64,000 bases of DNA from Eledone cirrhosa (lineage: Eukaryota): assembly GCA_964016885.1 (NCBI GenBank), contig OZ024742.1, forward strand, positions 278,380,001 to 278,444,000, written 5' to 3'. A program made the translations under genes and the position numbers. The notes beneath the pieces are model-generated. The model was not told where the DNA came from. It saw only the letters and a program-made list of their open reading frames with translations, and did not search any database. Positions 1-14,953 of the stretch are shown in pieces (the stretch's first letter is position 1; each line of letters opens with the position of its first letter).

Positions 1-199
1 CTACAAAAATATCTAATGAACAACAAAGGAACGTTAATAGAAATAGCTACAAAACATGAACAAAACAAAACATTGTACTCAGTTTTCAAGGAGGCCAATA
101 AATTAAAAGTAGAAACCCGATTAACAGATAGCTGTGCGGGAAATACAAACAAACAAGAAACAACAACAAAAACTATGAAAACCTTAAAATCCAAACTGA

Positions 200-2600
200 A
201 GTAAAGGAACGTTCTTCGATTCATGAAATTGAAAGATTTTGCAAAACAGTATGGAGTACAGAGAAATCCCATAATGCGAATGCAGAATGAATAAAGAACA
301 TGAAAGAAACACAATAATTGAGAAATGCAGACTTGGTAAGACATAACTATGGAACAACTGGAGATGGCCCTAAAAAATGGCAACAAATGGAAATCTAGCA
401 TTGATTAAGTGCCAAACCTCTGATAATCTTTTTTAACTGTACCAGAGATACGTTAGTAAAATGAGCAGAAACGTTGTCGCCGTGGGACCAATTTCTCATT
501 AACCGTATGATTCTGGAAAACTGTCAGAAGAAGCATAGAAGTTTGAGGAATCTCTTGGATTGAGTTTAAAATTGAATTTGATAGTGTTCCCCACTCATGG
601 ATTTTGAAAACTTTGGATGTTGTGAAATGTTCTCCAGTAATATCAAACCTCCTGAAATACATGTGTGTATGGAATACAAACCTATCTCCACCACAGTGAT
701 GGAACTATGAATTCCAGCAGCATAAGTATTAACTGTTTTATATTTCAAGGTGGTACGTTTCCTCCTCTGATATTTTTCATTGCACTCACACTGTTGTCTT
801 TAACGCTCATCAAAGCAATAAATGGCTACAAAATAGAAAGAATAACCATAAATCACCTGTTTTATATACAAGCCAAAAATAAAAGTGAATACGAAGGATT
901 GTTGAAAACAATTGAGGTGTTCAGTGGTGATGTAAGGATGGAATTTGGATTGAATAAATGCACCAAAGCAACAGTCAAGAAAGACAGAATAACAAGCACA
1001 AGTTCATTGGAAATAGATGTGAAGGAACTAGAAAAGGAACAAACCTACCGATATCTAAAGATCAATAACAACAGCAGAGTATACATCATGTCAGCCTGAA
1101 AGAGTGAATCAGAAAAGAATGCTATCGGAGAGTACGAGCTGACTTGAAAACAACTCATCCCAAATAATAAAACATCTAATATAAATGCGCTTGCAAGCCC
1201 AATTGCCACCCATAGTTTCAATATCAGAAATTGGAACGTTAATGAAATAAAGAAAATGGACACAAAATTAAGGAAATTTCTGACCTACATAACCCAAAAG
1301 CAGATATGCATATGTCTCTATCTCTCTAGACAAAACGAAGATAGAGGAATGATTCAATTTGAACTGTCATTCAAAATATGAACCATTGGCGTCGAACAAT
1401 ACCTTAAAACTACAGATGACTGGATGGTGAACATATGTTGCAGTTCATGAAATGAAAAAGAGGTTACACTTAATCACAAAGGAAAGTAGAAAGTTTGCGG
1501 AAGAATTGGCAATATATTCTGAAAATGATGGCGACTCTGCAATTAAAGCTGCAGAGGAGATAAATATGTTAACAAAACACGAAGAGCAGCGGAAACTGTT
1601 CACTATCCACAATCGATCGACTTTCGTCAAATCGGACCGAGGAAACAATATTTTCGTTCGTCTTTCCAATTGCCAATACTATCTATCGGGCACAACTCCA
1701 GGTAGAACGAGCAACGTGAAATAAAGTCTCTTGCTCAAGGACATAACGCATCATCCGGTCCAGGAATCGAACTCAGAACGTCACGATTGCTAATCCTATT
1801 TCTAACCACTCGACCACGCGCCTTTACTAAATGGGAGCAAAATGGGAGTAAAATCCACTGTATGGGCAGTATGTTCTCCGAAGTAAAGAACTTGATGTAG
1901 ATCAACCTCTAAACTATCAACGGCCATGGAGTTCTGCAGAGAGTGAGGGCTTCATTATGACTGCACAACACCAGTGTCTTTCAATGCGCAAATTCCAAAC
2001 CAAGTTTATCTGAAATTGAACTGATCCAAAGTGTCGATTCTGCGATAAACATGTTGAGACAATAGACTACCTGGTTTCAGGCTGCAAAGTATTACATCCC
2101 CAGGAGTATAAAATGAGACATCATAGAGTAGGGCAATATTTACAGTGGGTTATATACATGTTTTATGGTATAAAAACAGAGGGGAAATGGTACAACCATC
2201 ACTCAGAATCAGTAACAGGAGGTGAGAATGTGGCAATCCTATGGGACTTCTGGGTGAGAATCGACAGGTCAAACAAGGCCAACCATATAATTGTGGAGGA
2301 CCATAAAAAGAAAACAAGCTTCTTAATTGACATGGGCATTCCATCAGATCGTTACATCTCGAAGGAGTTCCGAAAGCTCAGTCAATATAAATATATGAAA
2401 ATAGAAATTAAGAAAATGTGGCATCTTAATGTACAATACAAATGATAATCGGTGGTTCATTTGGAATGATAAACAGGGTAAAAGAAAAAAAAATATTTGG
2501 AACCGATACCAGGAAAGCCATCTCTGCAAGAGATATAGAAAATAGTGTTGACTGGCACTATCCATGTCCCGAAAAGGAAATTATCAATTTATATTCCTTC
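200..2600 (+). mobile_element. Decayed R4/Dong-like non-LTR retrotransposon (RT + CCHC + restriction-like endonuclease)
   Basis: Broken frames give IFQGGTFPPLIFFIAL, INHLFY, MEFGLNKC (RT), DPKCRFCDKHVETIDYLVSGC (~2023-2085) and ILWDFWVRIDR...FLIDMGIPSD...KLSQYK (RLE, ORF 2113-2445). Many stops and frameshifts; interrupted by a SINE. Confidence 0.85.
1690..1823 (-). mobile_element. tRNA-derived SINE (family 2) inserted in the R4-like LINE
   Basis: Minus strand AGGCGCGTGGTCGAGTGGTTAG...GAGTTCGATTCCTGGACCGG...TCCTTGAGCAAGAGACTTTATTTCACGTTGCTC has A/B-box-like motifs and matches the copy at 45997-46142. Confidence 0.75.
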
Positions 2601-2742
2601 CAAAGATATTTACTCTTGTTTATACCTTTATGGCATCATTTGAATGACAATGGATTGTTAAATGTGTATATTATCAAATTTTGCGGCGAATCTCAGTTTG
2701 ACAGGCATGTGGAAAGAAACAGAATTTAAAGGAAGTTTCAAT

Positions 2743-3150
2743 TAATAATTGTTTCTACTTTTGCCACAAGGCCATCAATTACCCCAGTGCATTACTGGTG
2801 CATTATTTTATCGACCCAGTAAGGATAAAAGGCAAAGTTAACCTCGGCGAATTTGAACTCATAACGTAAAGGGCCATAACTCTATGCTTCAAAGCATGGT
2901 GTCTGGCGCTCTACCGATACTGCCACACCAATAATAATAATAATTGTTTCTGATTTTGGCACAAGGCCAACAGTTTTAGGGGAGGGGAAAGTCGATTAAA
3001 TCGACTCTAGTGCCTTACTGGTGCTTTATTTTATCGATCCTGTAAGGATGAAAGGCAAAGCTAACCCCGGCGGGATTTGAACTCAGAACGTAAAGGTCCC
3101 TAACTCTATGCCTCTAAGCATGTTGTTTGGCGCTCTACCGATTCTGCTAA
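2743..3150 (-). mobile_element. Two tandem SINEs (family 1) separated by (AAT)n
   Basis: Both carry the core GAGTTCAAAT..CGCCG.GGTTA.CTTTGCCTTT.ATCCTTAC.GG.TCGATAAAATA seen >15 times in the window. Confidence 0.85.
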
Positions 3151-3159
3151 TCAATAATA

Positions 3160-3720
3160 AAATGGGGTGAACGAACCAACACATTTTTGAGATGGATATG
3201 GGAGCAGAACGTTCAGAGTGGATTGACACTGTTATAAAGGAGTTTAATGAACAAGCACACCAACAACCTGATTAAAGTATCTCGGTTAAAACCCTTAAAA
3301 GGCAGACCAATAAATTAACCAACAACACATCACCAGGTACGGGTGGTGTGTAAGGGTATTAGACTAAAAAATATAACATCTCTCCACCAGATACTGAACG
3401 CCATGTTCAATGACTGCTTGGTGACGGGGGAAATACCGCAGTGGTTGACAAAAGATACAACAGTCCTAATAATAAAGAATCAACCCAAGGGAAATAACGT
3501 TACTAATTATAGGACTATCACTTGACTGTCCTTGATGTGGAAATTACTAACAAGCATTATATCTGAGGAAATCTACCACCATCTCGACATAAACAACTTA
3601 GGAATCGAACTAGGAAAAGGAGACTTTACTATTAACCACCTGCTCTTCATGGACTACCGTAAACTTTTCGGGAAGAGCCAGAAGGACCTGAATATACTTG
3701 TTGACACTTCAGCAATGAAA
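3160..3720 (+). mobile_element. Internally deleted R4/Dong-like RT fragment
   Basis: IPQWLTKDTTVLIIKNQPKGNNVTNYRTIT..MWKLLTSIISEEIYHHL joined directly to INHLLFMD.RKLFGKS (ORFs 3343-3525 and 3532-3723). Confidence 0.75.
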
Positions 3721-3894
3721 TGAGTTAAAGTGCCTCTCGGTAGCTTTGCTAGGCCACAGATTTCAGGTAATTATTCACAGTGACGGGGTCCAAAAAGAAC
3801 AGAAGTCAACTAATGTGTCATTTTCACGTAACTGCATTACCCAACTGGTTGAGGGGTATGATAACCTGACAACATTTTAGATGCAAGGCGCCCT

Positions 3895-3980
3895 GATCAT
3901 CATCATTATCATCATCATCATCGTCGTCATCATCAACATCATCATCATCATCATAATCATCATCATCATCATCATCATTA
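3895..3980. repeat. (ATC)n microsatellite
   Basis: Direct reading. Confidence 0.95.
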
Positions 3981-4454
3981 TACGTCTTCTTTTGTTATTA
4001 CTGCAAAGTAATGACAGTCGATATTATCGGCTATCCTGTACTTATACACATCTCACTGCAAAATGCGTCTATTTGAGCACGTACTGTATTCCGTTGGTCA
4101 CACACCTGAAACATTCATAGTAGAAACAGATGGAGGTACATCCTATTTATTTAGCACGTTCATAATACAATCTTTCTTGTTTCTCTCTATTGTATTATAA
4201 TTTTCATGCATTTTATTTCATATATTGAGATTCCAAATTTATTCTCTGCTTTCCACATCTTTTACTTTGTTCATTTAACCACCACGAAAAACATATTTTC
4301 ACCAATATGCATTCTGTATTTACACATTAATGTAGATTGCATTTCTCTAAGCCATTTCTTTATGCTTACGTTGTTGCTCATGTTATTTTGATTATATTTG
4401 CAAAAGTCATCTTCCTCTAAAAGTCCATCGCAAATGTAACCATATGTCTCAAGG

Positions 4455-4493
<39 letters not shown>

Positions 4494-4528
4494 CATATAT
4501 ATGTATGTATGTATATATATATATATGA

Positions 4529-4566
<38 letters not shown>

Positions 4567-4746
4567 GTAGATATATGCATATATGCGTGTGTGTGTCTAT
4601 GCGTCTATGTGCGTGTGTCTGTGTGTATGTGTGTGTATGAGTATGTATATATATATACATATATAGAAAGAGATAAGTATATATATATTATATCAACACA
4701 CAAGAATAAGTACACATGCACACTTACAACCGGGAAAACACACAGG

Positions 4747-4793
<47 letters not shown>

Positions 4794-5290
4794 GCACACA
4801 CACATACACACATTCTATAAATATCTTCTGTTTTATATTTTCTCTTCTTTCTCACAAACCTCCAGTTATTTACAATTTACAACAGAGGAGGCATCAGTAG
4901 CAGCCGCTACAACTAAATTATTAATACCTCTTATTTTGTTTTTTTCCTGTTTATAGTCAGTATTGTTGTGTGTATTAATATTCATTCCTCTATTTTCCGT
5001 TCTTGTCACACATTTGTTCGTTTCACTGCATTATTCTTCTTTCTTCTTTCTTATTATTATTTCTATAATTCCTAAACATTTGAAAACCGCTGTTTCTCCT
5101 CTACTTATTTCACGTTTGTTCATGTTTGTTTGTGTGCGTGGTATCGTTTTGTTCTTTACTATGCTATTTTGTGTGATTTGAAAGAACCACAGCTTCTTCA
5201 ATGTATTGCCATGCACGTTTTTCCCAACAATTAATTTCACTTTTTTGGTATATTCTGAAATTGATACACCTCGATCCTATTTAATTTACT

Positions 5291-6015
<725 letters not shown>

Positions 6016-6147
6016 TTTGTTATACATAGTTCAGAATTAATACAATGCAGATTCAAACAGCGAATAACGTTGTATCATACGTTCTTCCATTCTATTTCGG
6101 AACCACATTTTATATTTACATTTGACGTCTGTAAACCTATTAAATGA

Positions 6148-6290
6148 AGGCTTGTGGCTAAATGGTTAATGTTTTGGACAGACGATCAAAAGTTCCTGGG
6201 TTCGAATTCCAAACCGAATGACGTGATATCGTTGATCAGGGCGTTTCATTTTACATTCTTACATTTTACTCAGTTGAAAATCAGTACTAA
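6148..6290 (+). mobile_element. Degenerate tRNA-derived SINE (family 2)
   Basis: GTGGCTAAATGGTTAA...GGGTTCGAATTCC A/B-box-like head. Confidence 0.55.
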
Positions 6291-6509
6291 CCATCACAGT
6301 GTTTTAGCCCTGTAAATGTTGTTCGGTCGTGTATTCTCAATCATTTAAAGCCTTTAAAACTGGGATATTCTTTGGGCTTTGGCCAGTTTCCTAACCGTAG
6401 TGAAACGGATGTAAAAGATAACTGTAACCCATCCCCCAACTTATCAAGCTCCTATGACCCTACACCATCCAAAAACATTATACACAATATCGGACTGCAA
6501 TGTGGATAG

Positions 6510-6690
6510 CAATAATGTCTTCTACTATAGGCACAACGCCAGTAATTTGGGGGGAGGCGAAAGTTAATTAAATCGACTCCGTACGGATGAAAGGCAAAGC
6601 TAACCTCGGCGGTATTTGAACACAGAACGCAAAGGGCCGTAACTCTATGCCACAAAGCATGCTGTTAGACTCTCTACCGATATTGCCAAA
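6510..6690 (-). mobile_element. SINE family 1
   Basis: GGATGAAAGGCAAAGCTAACCTCGGCGG core on the plus strand. Confidence 0.8.
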
Positions 6691-8323
6691 TGATAAATAT
6701 AATTATAGTAATAGCAATGATTTCTAATTGAGGCATTAAATTATCAATTGTACTTAGCTGGAATTTTATGTTCTTGCCTACAGAAGAATCAAAGACAAAG
6801 ATGACACTGCCAAAACGAATGTCTAAATGACATAGGTTAATTGAAAATGACCTTGTATATAAAAGGATTTACAACCATTTTATATATGGTTAATGTTAAC
6901 GTTGTTTCTAAAGTATTTTATAAGTAGTTGTCAAACACGAAATAAATGGATTATGATTATCACCACAAGGAAAGTTTTACAGAACAGAATATAATAATAG
7001 AAAAGAAGAATGGGAATTAATCTTAGTAATGAAAATGAATTGCAGAAAATATATACGTTTGTATATCAAGAGTATGTAATTTATCAATATGTCTACAACG
7101 TTACTTATCTACCTTATGTAGTTGTAGCAATAGTGGGTTGGAGTGGGGGAGAAATGAAACCTGAAGAGATATACTTCATATTGGCTTGATAATTCCTAGG
7201 TTTCCCGGTCTATTCATCATATTTATAATTACAGATACTCACACATTTAGAAACATTAACATCGAAACATAATTTGTTATTTTGCCTCTATTATTCTAAA
7301 GTCTATCATATTACTCTATCAAGTTATCTTCGATATTTCCATCCTCGAAATAACAACCATTTATTACGATTATATATTTAGCGCTACGAATTGGTGGATG
7401 CGTTAGAATGACGGGGAGAATGAATTACGATATTGATTCCGGTTACTTTCGTTTTGATTTCAAATCGTACTGAGGTCATCTTTCCTTGAGATTCTCCTGG
7501 GTTCGAGAAAGAAAGTACGAATCAAAGGGAAGAGTACTTACAGAACTATTGCAGCATTGGATAAAATATTTTGAGGTGTATAATCTTGTTTCTTGTGTTC
7601 TACGCTGAAACCCAGAAGTGGTCAACAACACAAGAAGAGATACTACGCTTTATGTGTTCAACTGGAAATGTAGATTTCAAAGAGTGGTAAGCATGATCCA
7701 TCACCATGTTTAATACGACGACCTGGCCTTATATATAACTTTTAGATAACTGTAATATAATTCAATATGTTGCAAGCGATCCTGCTATATCTCCTGTCTG
7801 TGGATAACTCCTGAACTTCCTACTTCAAGCCTCCGAGTCTCTAAAATTGACATAGTCACTCTACGAACAGAGTGTGAGCAATCACAGAATTGTCTTTAGT
7901 TAGGATTCAAAAATCTTATATGTACATTTACTGCCCTGCAAGATGCACTTGCATGTCTGTGAAATATACGAAGCTTATTTTTTAGAAACGTAGGACTGGG
8001 TTTGAACAATACATCAAGTATGATTTGTAGGACTTGGTTTGCTTTACTAGGTGTTATATAAGTGTTTCTATCTGTTGTACAGAGTGCGTACCATATGACG
8101 ATTGCTGTTTTGGATGGCTGCTTTCATTTCAGTTAGTATAATGGAGCTAATCTATATATGTAACAGAAATATTGCCAGCTATTCGTTCACCAGCTATCAA
8201 ATTCACAATATGTTTATACTCATTCCAACAAAGAAATCATCGTAAATCGAATACATATAAATAGTAGCCGTATTTCAAATCACAATCACGAGCTCCATAA
8301 TTACAAAAGATGCTTGGACAATG

Positions 8324-8378
<55 letters not shown>

Positions 8379-8411
8379 CACACAATCTCACACACACACA
8401 TACACACACAC

Positions 8412-8521
<110 letters not shown>

Positions 8522-9511
8522 GTATGTATGTATATATATGTTTGAAAAAAGGAAAAGTATGACTTCACTTGTTGGTATTCTATAGCAACTTCATTTTATA
8601 ATTTTATAATTTTACGATTATATAATTTTGTAATTTTGCTATGTAGATCTAATAAGTCCTCAAACGACTAGTTATAGAATACCAAATACAAGTGAAATCA
8701 TTTTTTCAAATATACTTAATTGTAGCAAGGATATCACACATTTTGCAATACACACGTATATACATATATATATATATATATATACACACACATACAGGCA
8801 CATATATACATACATACACACATATGCATATTTATATCTACATATATACATGCATGAAATCATACAAACAGAGATACATACATGCTTACATACATTCATA
8901 CATACAAACACATAGATACATACACACATGAACACATATAAACAACCACAGACCCACACGCGCACACACATATATATATATATATACATATAAAATATCT
9001 ATGTATATACATATACAATATGTATATGTGTGTGTTTGCGTGTGTGTGCGTGCGTGTGTATGTGTGTGTATACATATACATATATTATATGTATACTCAC
9101 GTGTATGTACAACTGCAGACGAATCAAAATTTAAGCCGGATTAAAGGAAACAATAGTAATCCGGATGTTTACCAATTTCATTGAAAATATTGTAAGGAAC
9201 AGATACACAAAGAATGGTGGAAACAGACTGTAGATGTATTTGAACGTTTACGAAACTGTGGCAATAAAATACAACGTTACCAATCAGAATCATGACAAAA
9301 TATGTAGGCATTACTTTTCACATGTACATGTATATATACATACAGATGTCTTTCTATCTAAGGTAAGTATGAGGTGTATATATATACATTATACATATGC
9401 ATACATTGTATATATATATATATTACGGGAGGTGGATTGGCAGTATCGGTAGAGCGTCAGACACCATGCTTTTATGTGTATTTGTGTATATATATATATA
9501 TATATGTGTGT

Positions 9512-10561
<1,050 letters not shown>

Positions 10562-10663
10562 TATATATATATATATACAGAGAGAGAGAGAGTTGTCGAT
10601 ACGGCCGGAGCCCAGCCGTCGGGGTCTTGATTATTTTCCTATATATATATATATATATATATA

Positions 10664-12336
10664 GGAAACCGAGTCACGAAGCACCTCCGGGACATTCGTC
10701 TCGGAGGCAGTTCCCCCATCGCCCGCCACTTTGGTGGCCCTGGACACTCCGCACGCCATCTCACAGTCTGTGGCCTACTCCAGTGCCACGGAACACCCGC
10801 CCATCGCCTCACGGTCGAACAACGTACTATCTTCATCTTACAGACCCACACTCCCCCCGGCCTGAACTCCCCACCCTTATTCCTTTAGCGTTCGACCGCC
10901 CCCCTCCCCCACTTATCCCCCACTAACACCACTAACACACCCCTCCTTTTCACCGCCCACCCCACACTAACAATACTAACACCTCCACTCCACCCCTCAT
11001 TTGACCACCCTTCCCCAACTAACATACTAACATCCCTTCCCTCCCCTCTTCTCCTCCTCCCCCCTCCTTATCACACGCACACACTTACACCACCCACCCC
11101 ACACGCAACTAACATCACTAACACCCTCCAACCCCACGCACACGTACCCACACACCCTCGTACACCACCAACTCTACACACCCTACCCCCATTAACCCCC
11201 ACTCACACCTGCATTCCACCCCTCCCCACCTCCCGTCTACTAAGACCCACTAACACCTCCTCACCAAACTACGCACACACCAGTACACCACACTCCCTCC
11301 ATAGAACCACACACACCCTTCTCTCCCCACTCCACACTCACTCATCCCACTAACACCCCTACTAATACACACACACACACACACACCCTCCTCACTCCAA
11401 CTCTCACACCTACCCATCCTCGCCTCCCTACCATTCCGCTGACTGCTGCTATGCCCTTCCGACCACTGTCTCAGCTCCAACTGACCACAGCACTTCCACT
11501 GCTGACCACTTCCTTTTGCGCGCGCACCCCACATCTCTCCTCTTCCGACCACCGCTTCTTGGATTACCCACACGCGTTTTGACTTCCAACCAAAATCTCC
11601 ATACATCCGTGTAACTTACCACTTTCAACCATCCTCTTACACCATCACCTATATAACTCACCCACACACACATCCCAAAACAATTTTTTTTATCCACACG
11701 CCACCCACACCCACAACACGCTTAAACCACACACACGTGCTTCCCACCACATATTTACACACTCAGCCCCCTGATTCCTCTCCCCCCACCCCCTATCCAC
11801 ACACGCACAGACCCTCCGACACACAAAAACTCCCCCCACACACACCTTCCTGAACATGCAACCCCGTTCTTCCCCCAACCCTCACTTTCACACACACACA
11901 CACACACACACGCACACCTAACCACACACACCACCTTCAGCCCTCCCCGCTCGGACACCCCGTCTCCCTCTCCCCACTCCACCCGCCACCACCTCTACTC
12001 ACCCCACACCCTTCCACCACCTGTTTACCCCCCTTTTAATTTCAGTTTATTTTGATCATGCCTTTATTTTTAAATGTTCTCATTCCTTGTATTTTGATCA
12101 TGCTTTATTTTTATTTATTATTTATTATATTTTTGTCTTTATTTGTTAATTTTTCATTCGCACCGTTTCCTTTCGCTATATGTCTCTCCACCACTCCCCT
12201 ACACACCTTTGAACTCTCACCTGAAGAAGGGCTTATGCCCGAAACGTCGTCCTCCACCTACCCCCCACTCTCCTGAGCGTGAATTTAATAAACATTTATC
12301 GTACTGCCTCTCTGTTCTGTCCCTGTTCAATTTTTC

Positions 12337-12340
<4 letters not shown>
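10664..12340 (+). mobile_element. 5'-truncated Penelope-like element: GIY-YIG C-terminus, C/A-rich 3' UTR, hammerhead-like end
   Basis: Frame 10664-10888 reads GNRVTKHLRDIRLGGSSPIARHFGGPGHSARHLTVCGLLQCHGTPAHRLTVEQRTIFILQTHTPPGLN, like the PLE endonuclease tail (R..EH...A.HF...H...R...EQ..IF.L.T..P.GLN). Ends with CTGAAGA..GAAAC and AATAAA; both flanks are (TA)n. Confidence 0.75.
12219..12250 (+). ncRNA. Minimal hammerhead-ribozyme-like motif
   Basis: CTGAAGA-A-GGGC(TTAT)GCCC-GAAACGTC: intact core, 4-bp stem II, palindromic ACGT stem III, GUC triplet. Stem I is only ~2 bp. Confidence 0.55.
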
Positions 12341-12371
<31 letters not shown>

Positions 12372-12730
12372 ATAATAGTAAATTTGAAGACTAAAATCCA
12401 AAGAGGGCTCGATAAGGATAAATATATATCAACTATATAAGAACCGTAGAGCAAATATTTATTAAAACAGATTAAAGTTTAAGCAAAGAATCGGTGCTTT
12501 CACACTTCCCCAAGGGCTGGGGTCCGGCCGTATCGACAGCTATATATATATATACATATATAAACAAATAGTAGAAAGGAAAAATAATTTTATAGTAGAA
12601 AATGCTGAAGAGATTCTTTCAGTGTAATATCAAAACATAGATTTATTATAAAGAGGATATAACGAATTCAGCATTATATGCATTGTCAACTGCGGATATG
12701 CATAAGATTAAGTACCATATTTATACAAAT

Positions 12731-13038
12731 AATTGTTTCTACTTTAGGCACAAGGCCAGCAATTACTCAGTGCATTACTGGTACTTTATTTTATCGACCC
12801 CGTAAGGATGAAAGGCAAAGTCAACCTCGGCGGGATTTGAACTCAGAACGTAAAGGGACGTAACTATGCTGGAAAGCATGACGTCCGACCATTTATACAA
12901 ATAAGAGTTTCTCATATAGGCACAAGGCCACCCATTTTGGGGGGTAGGGGAAAGTAGAATCAATCGACCTCAGTGCGTTACTGGTCCTTTATTTTATCGA
13001 CTCCGTAAGGATGAAAGGCAAAGTTAACCTCGGTGGGA
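12731..13038 (-). mobile_element. Two SINE family 1 copies
   Basis: Core motif present twice. Confidence 0.8.
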
Positions 13039-13086
13039 TGTTATATATATGTATATATATATGTATATATATATATATATATATAT

Positions 13087-13287
13087 AACGAAGGAAATGT
13101 GGTAAGGAACCAGGTGGACCATAACGCACCAAAGTACTCAATACTTGAGGTAGTAGAGTGGGTAATAGGAACCAGTAAGACCCCGACAGCTGAGCTCAAG
13201 CCGTTTCGACGGCTAATTCTGGACTCAATTTAGTCCAGAATTAGCCGTCGAAACGGCTTGAGCTCAGCTGTCGGGGTCTTACTGGTT

Positions 13288-13292
<5 letters not shown>
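13087..13292. mobile_element. Fold-back non-autonomous element (copy 2)
   Basis: Arms 13165-13225 / 13232-13292 are near-perfect inverted repeats with a CAATTT loop; (TA)n flanks. Confidence 0.8.
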
Positions 13293-13330
<38 letters not shown>

Positions 13331-13335
<5 letters not shown>

Positions 13336-13724
13336 TAAACGGAATAGAAAATGCTGACAAATTGTTCACAGTTGAAAAATGGTTTAATTAGGAATAAAAG
13401 AGTATTAGTGATTGTATGGGTTAGTATTCAGTTGTGGTTTTAAGTTTTTAAGTTTTTACCGGTTGCGCATTTCTAAATGCTTTTCAAAAATAATTTTGAC
13501 ATAGAGTGTCCGTGCTGTTTGCTCTGATCAGAGCAAACAGCACGGACACTCTATCTCAAAATTAATTTTGAAAAGCATTTAGAAATGCGCAACCGGTAAA
13601 AACTTAAAAACTTAAAACCACAACTGAATACTAACCCATACAATCACTAATACTCTTTTATTCCTAATTAAACCATTTTTCAACTGTGAAAAATTTGTCA
13701 CCATTTTCTATTCCGTTTACCAAT
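13331..13724. repeat. 394-bp spacerless palindrome (fold-back of a PLE-like 3' end)
   Basis: Centred on TGA|TCA at 13527/13528 with few mismatches. A single-arm homologue lies at ~48533-48721. Confidence 0.9.
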
Positions 13725-13758
13725 ATATAATAACTTGTGTGTTACACCTCTATTCTTT

Positions 13759-13790
<32 letters not shown>

Positions 13791-14953
13791 CTGTATATAT
13801 ATATTTATTTATTAATTATTAAAATAACAGATTAAAGTTTAAGCAAAGAATCGCTGCTTCACCCTTAACGAGATCTTCTGAAACTCAAAAAATCAATCTG
13901 CGAACGCAGAAGTAAATATTTCGAAAAACGTTGCACACATACATATAATTATATAATGTGGGTAATACTAAATATTATTCAATTACAAGTATGAAAATAG
14001 CTCAATTTTAAAATACTTCATAAACAACAATCAAAGAGTGTTTAGAACATTTAATCATTTATATATGTAGAAATATTCAAGACCTCTTTTCCTATTACCC
14101 AGTCTACTACCCTAAGTATTGCGTACTTTGGTGTGTTATGGTCCACCTGGTATCCTACCACACCCTCTTTGTTATATATATATATATATTAAAATAACAG
14201 ATGAAAGTTTAAGCAAAGAATCGGTGCTTTCACCCTTCTGAAACAAAAAAAAAATCATTTGTGGACGCAGAAGTAAATATTTCGAAAATCGTTGCAACGG
14301 GGGGAAAACAGGAAGACGATACTTGATACTTTCCTTCTTGAAGACGTTCCCTGGCAATGAACGGAAAAAAGCGAAGATAATACGTCATTATGTGGACCGC
14401 TGAGAACAATTACACGCAAAGACACAACCAAGTTTATGGCATAAATGCAGTCATTAGATAAATATTATATTTAGGAAACCGAATGATTCTCAGCTCCGGA
14501 GTTAAGAATAATGTATCTATATATGTAAAAGGTAAACAGAAATAATAAGACAATTGGTACAGTATATGCAAGAGATATATTAGGTTAACGTTTAATATAG
14601 AAGGAATACAAGTATTTTTGTGAGTAAATGTATATGCACATTTATGTGTGTGTGGATACATGTGAGTGTACCTTAATCTGTATATGTATGCATGAATGTC
14701 TGCTAGTGAATAGCCTTGTGTACTTTGATATTTATGCTTGGAATAATTGAATAATTTGAACAATTCGCTGACCTCACCTTCCACCAATCATACTTCATGT
14801 GACTGACATATATAGAGGCAATATCCCTCAATGAGATGACATACAGAAGTAGTGAGTAACACATCATCGTATAATCGATAGATAGCTGTGTGCAGTTCAT
14901 AAACGTATATACACAATGGATTGTGTACTTGCTATATGTCTATCTATCTATCT

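Noticed and set aside
9228-9262. CTGTAGA-T-GTA..TAC-GAAAC followed by AATAAA
   Set aside because: Core A6 is altered and stems I and III cannot be formed.
12605-12645. CTGAAGA-GAT..ATC-AAAAC hammerhead-like string
   Set aside because: G12 is missing and there is no convincing stem I; at best a decayed relic.
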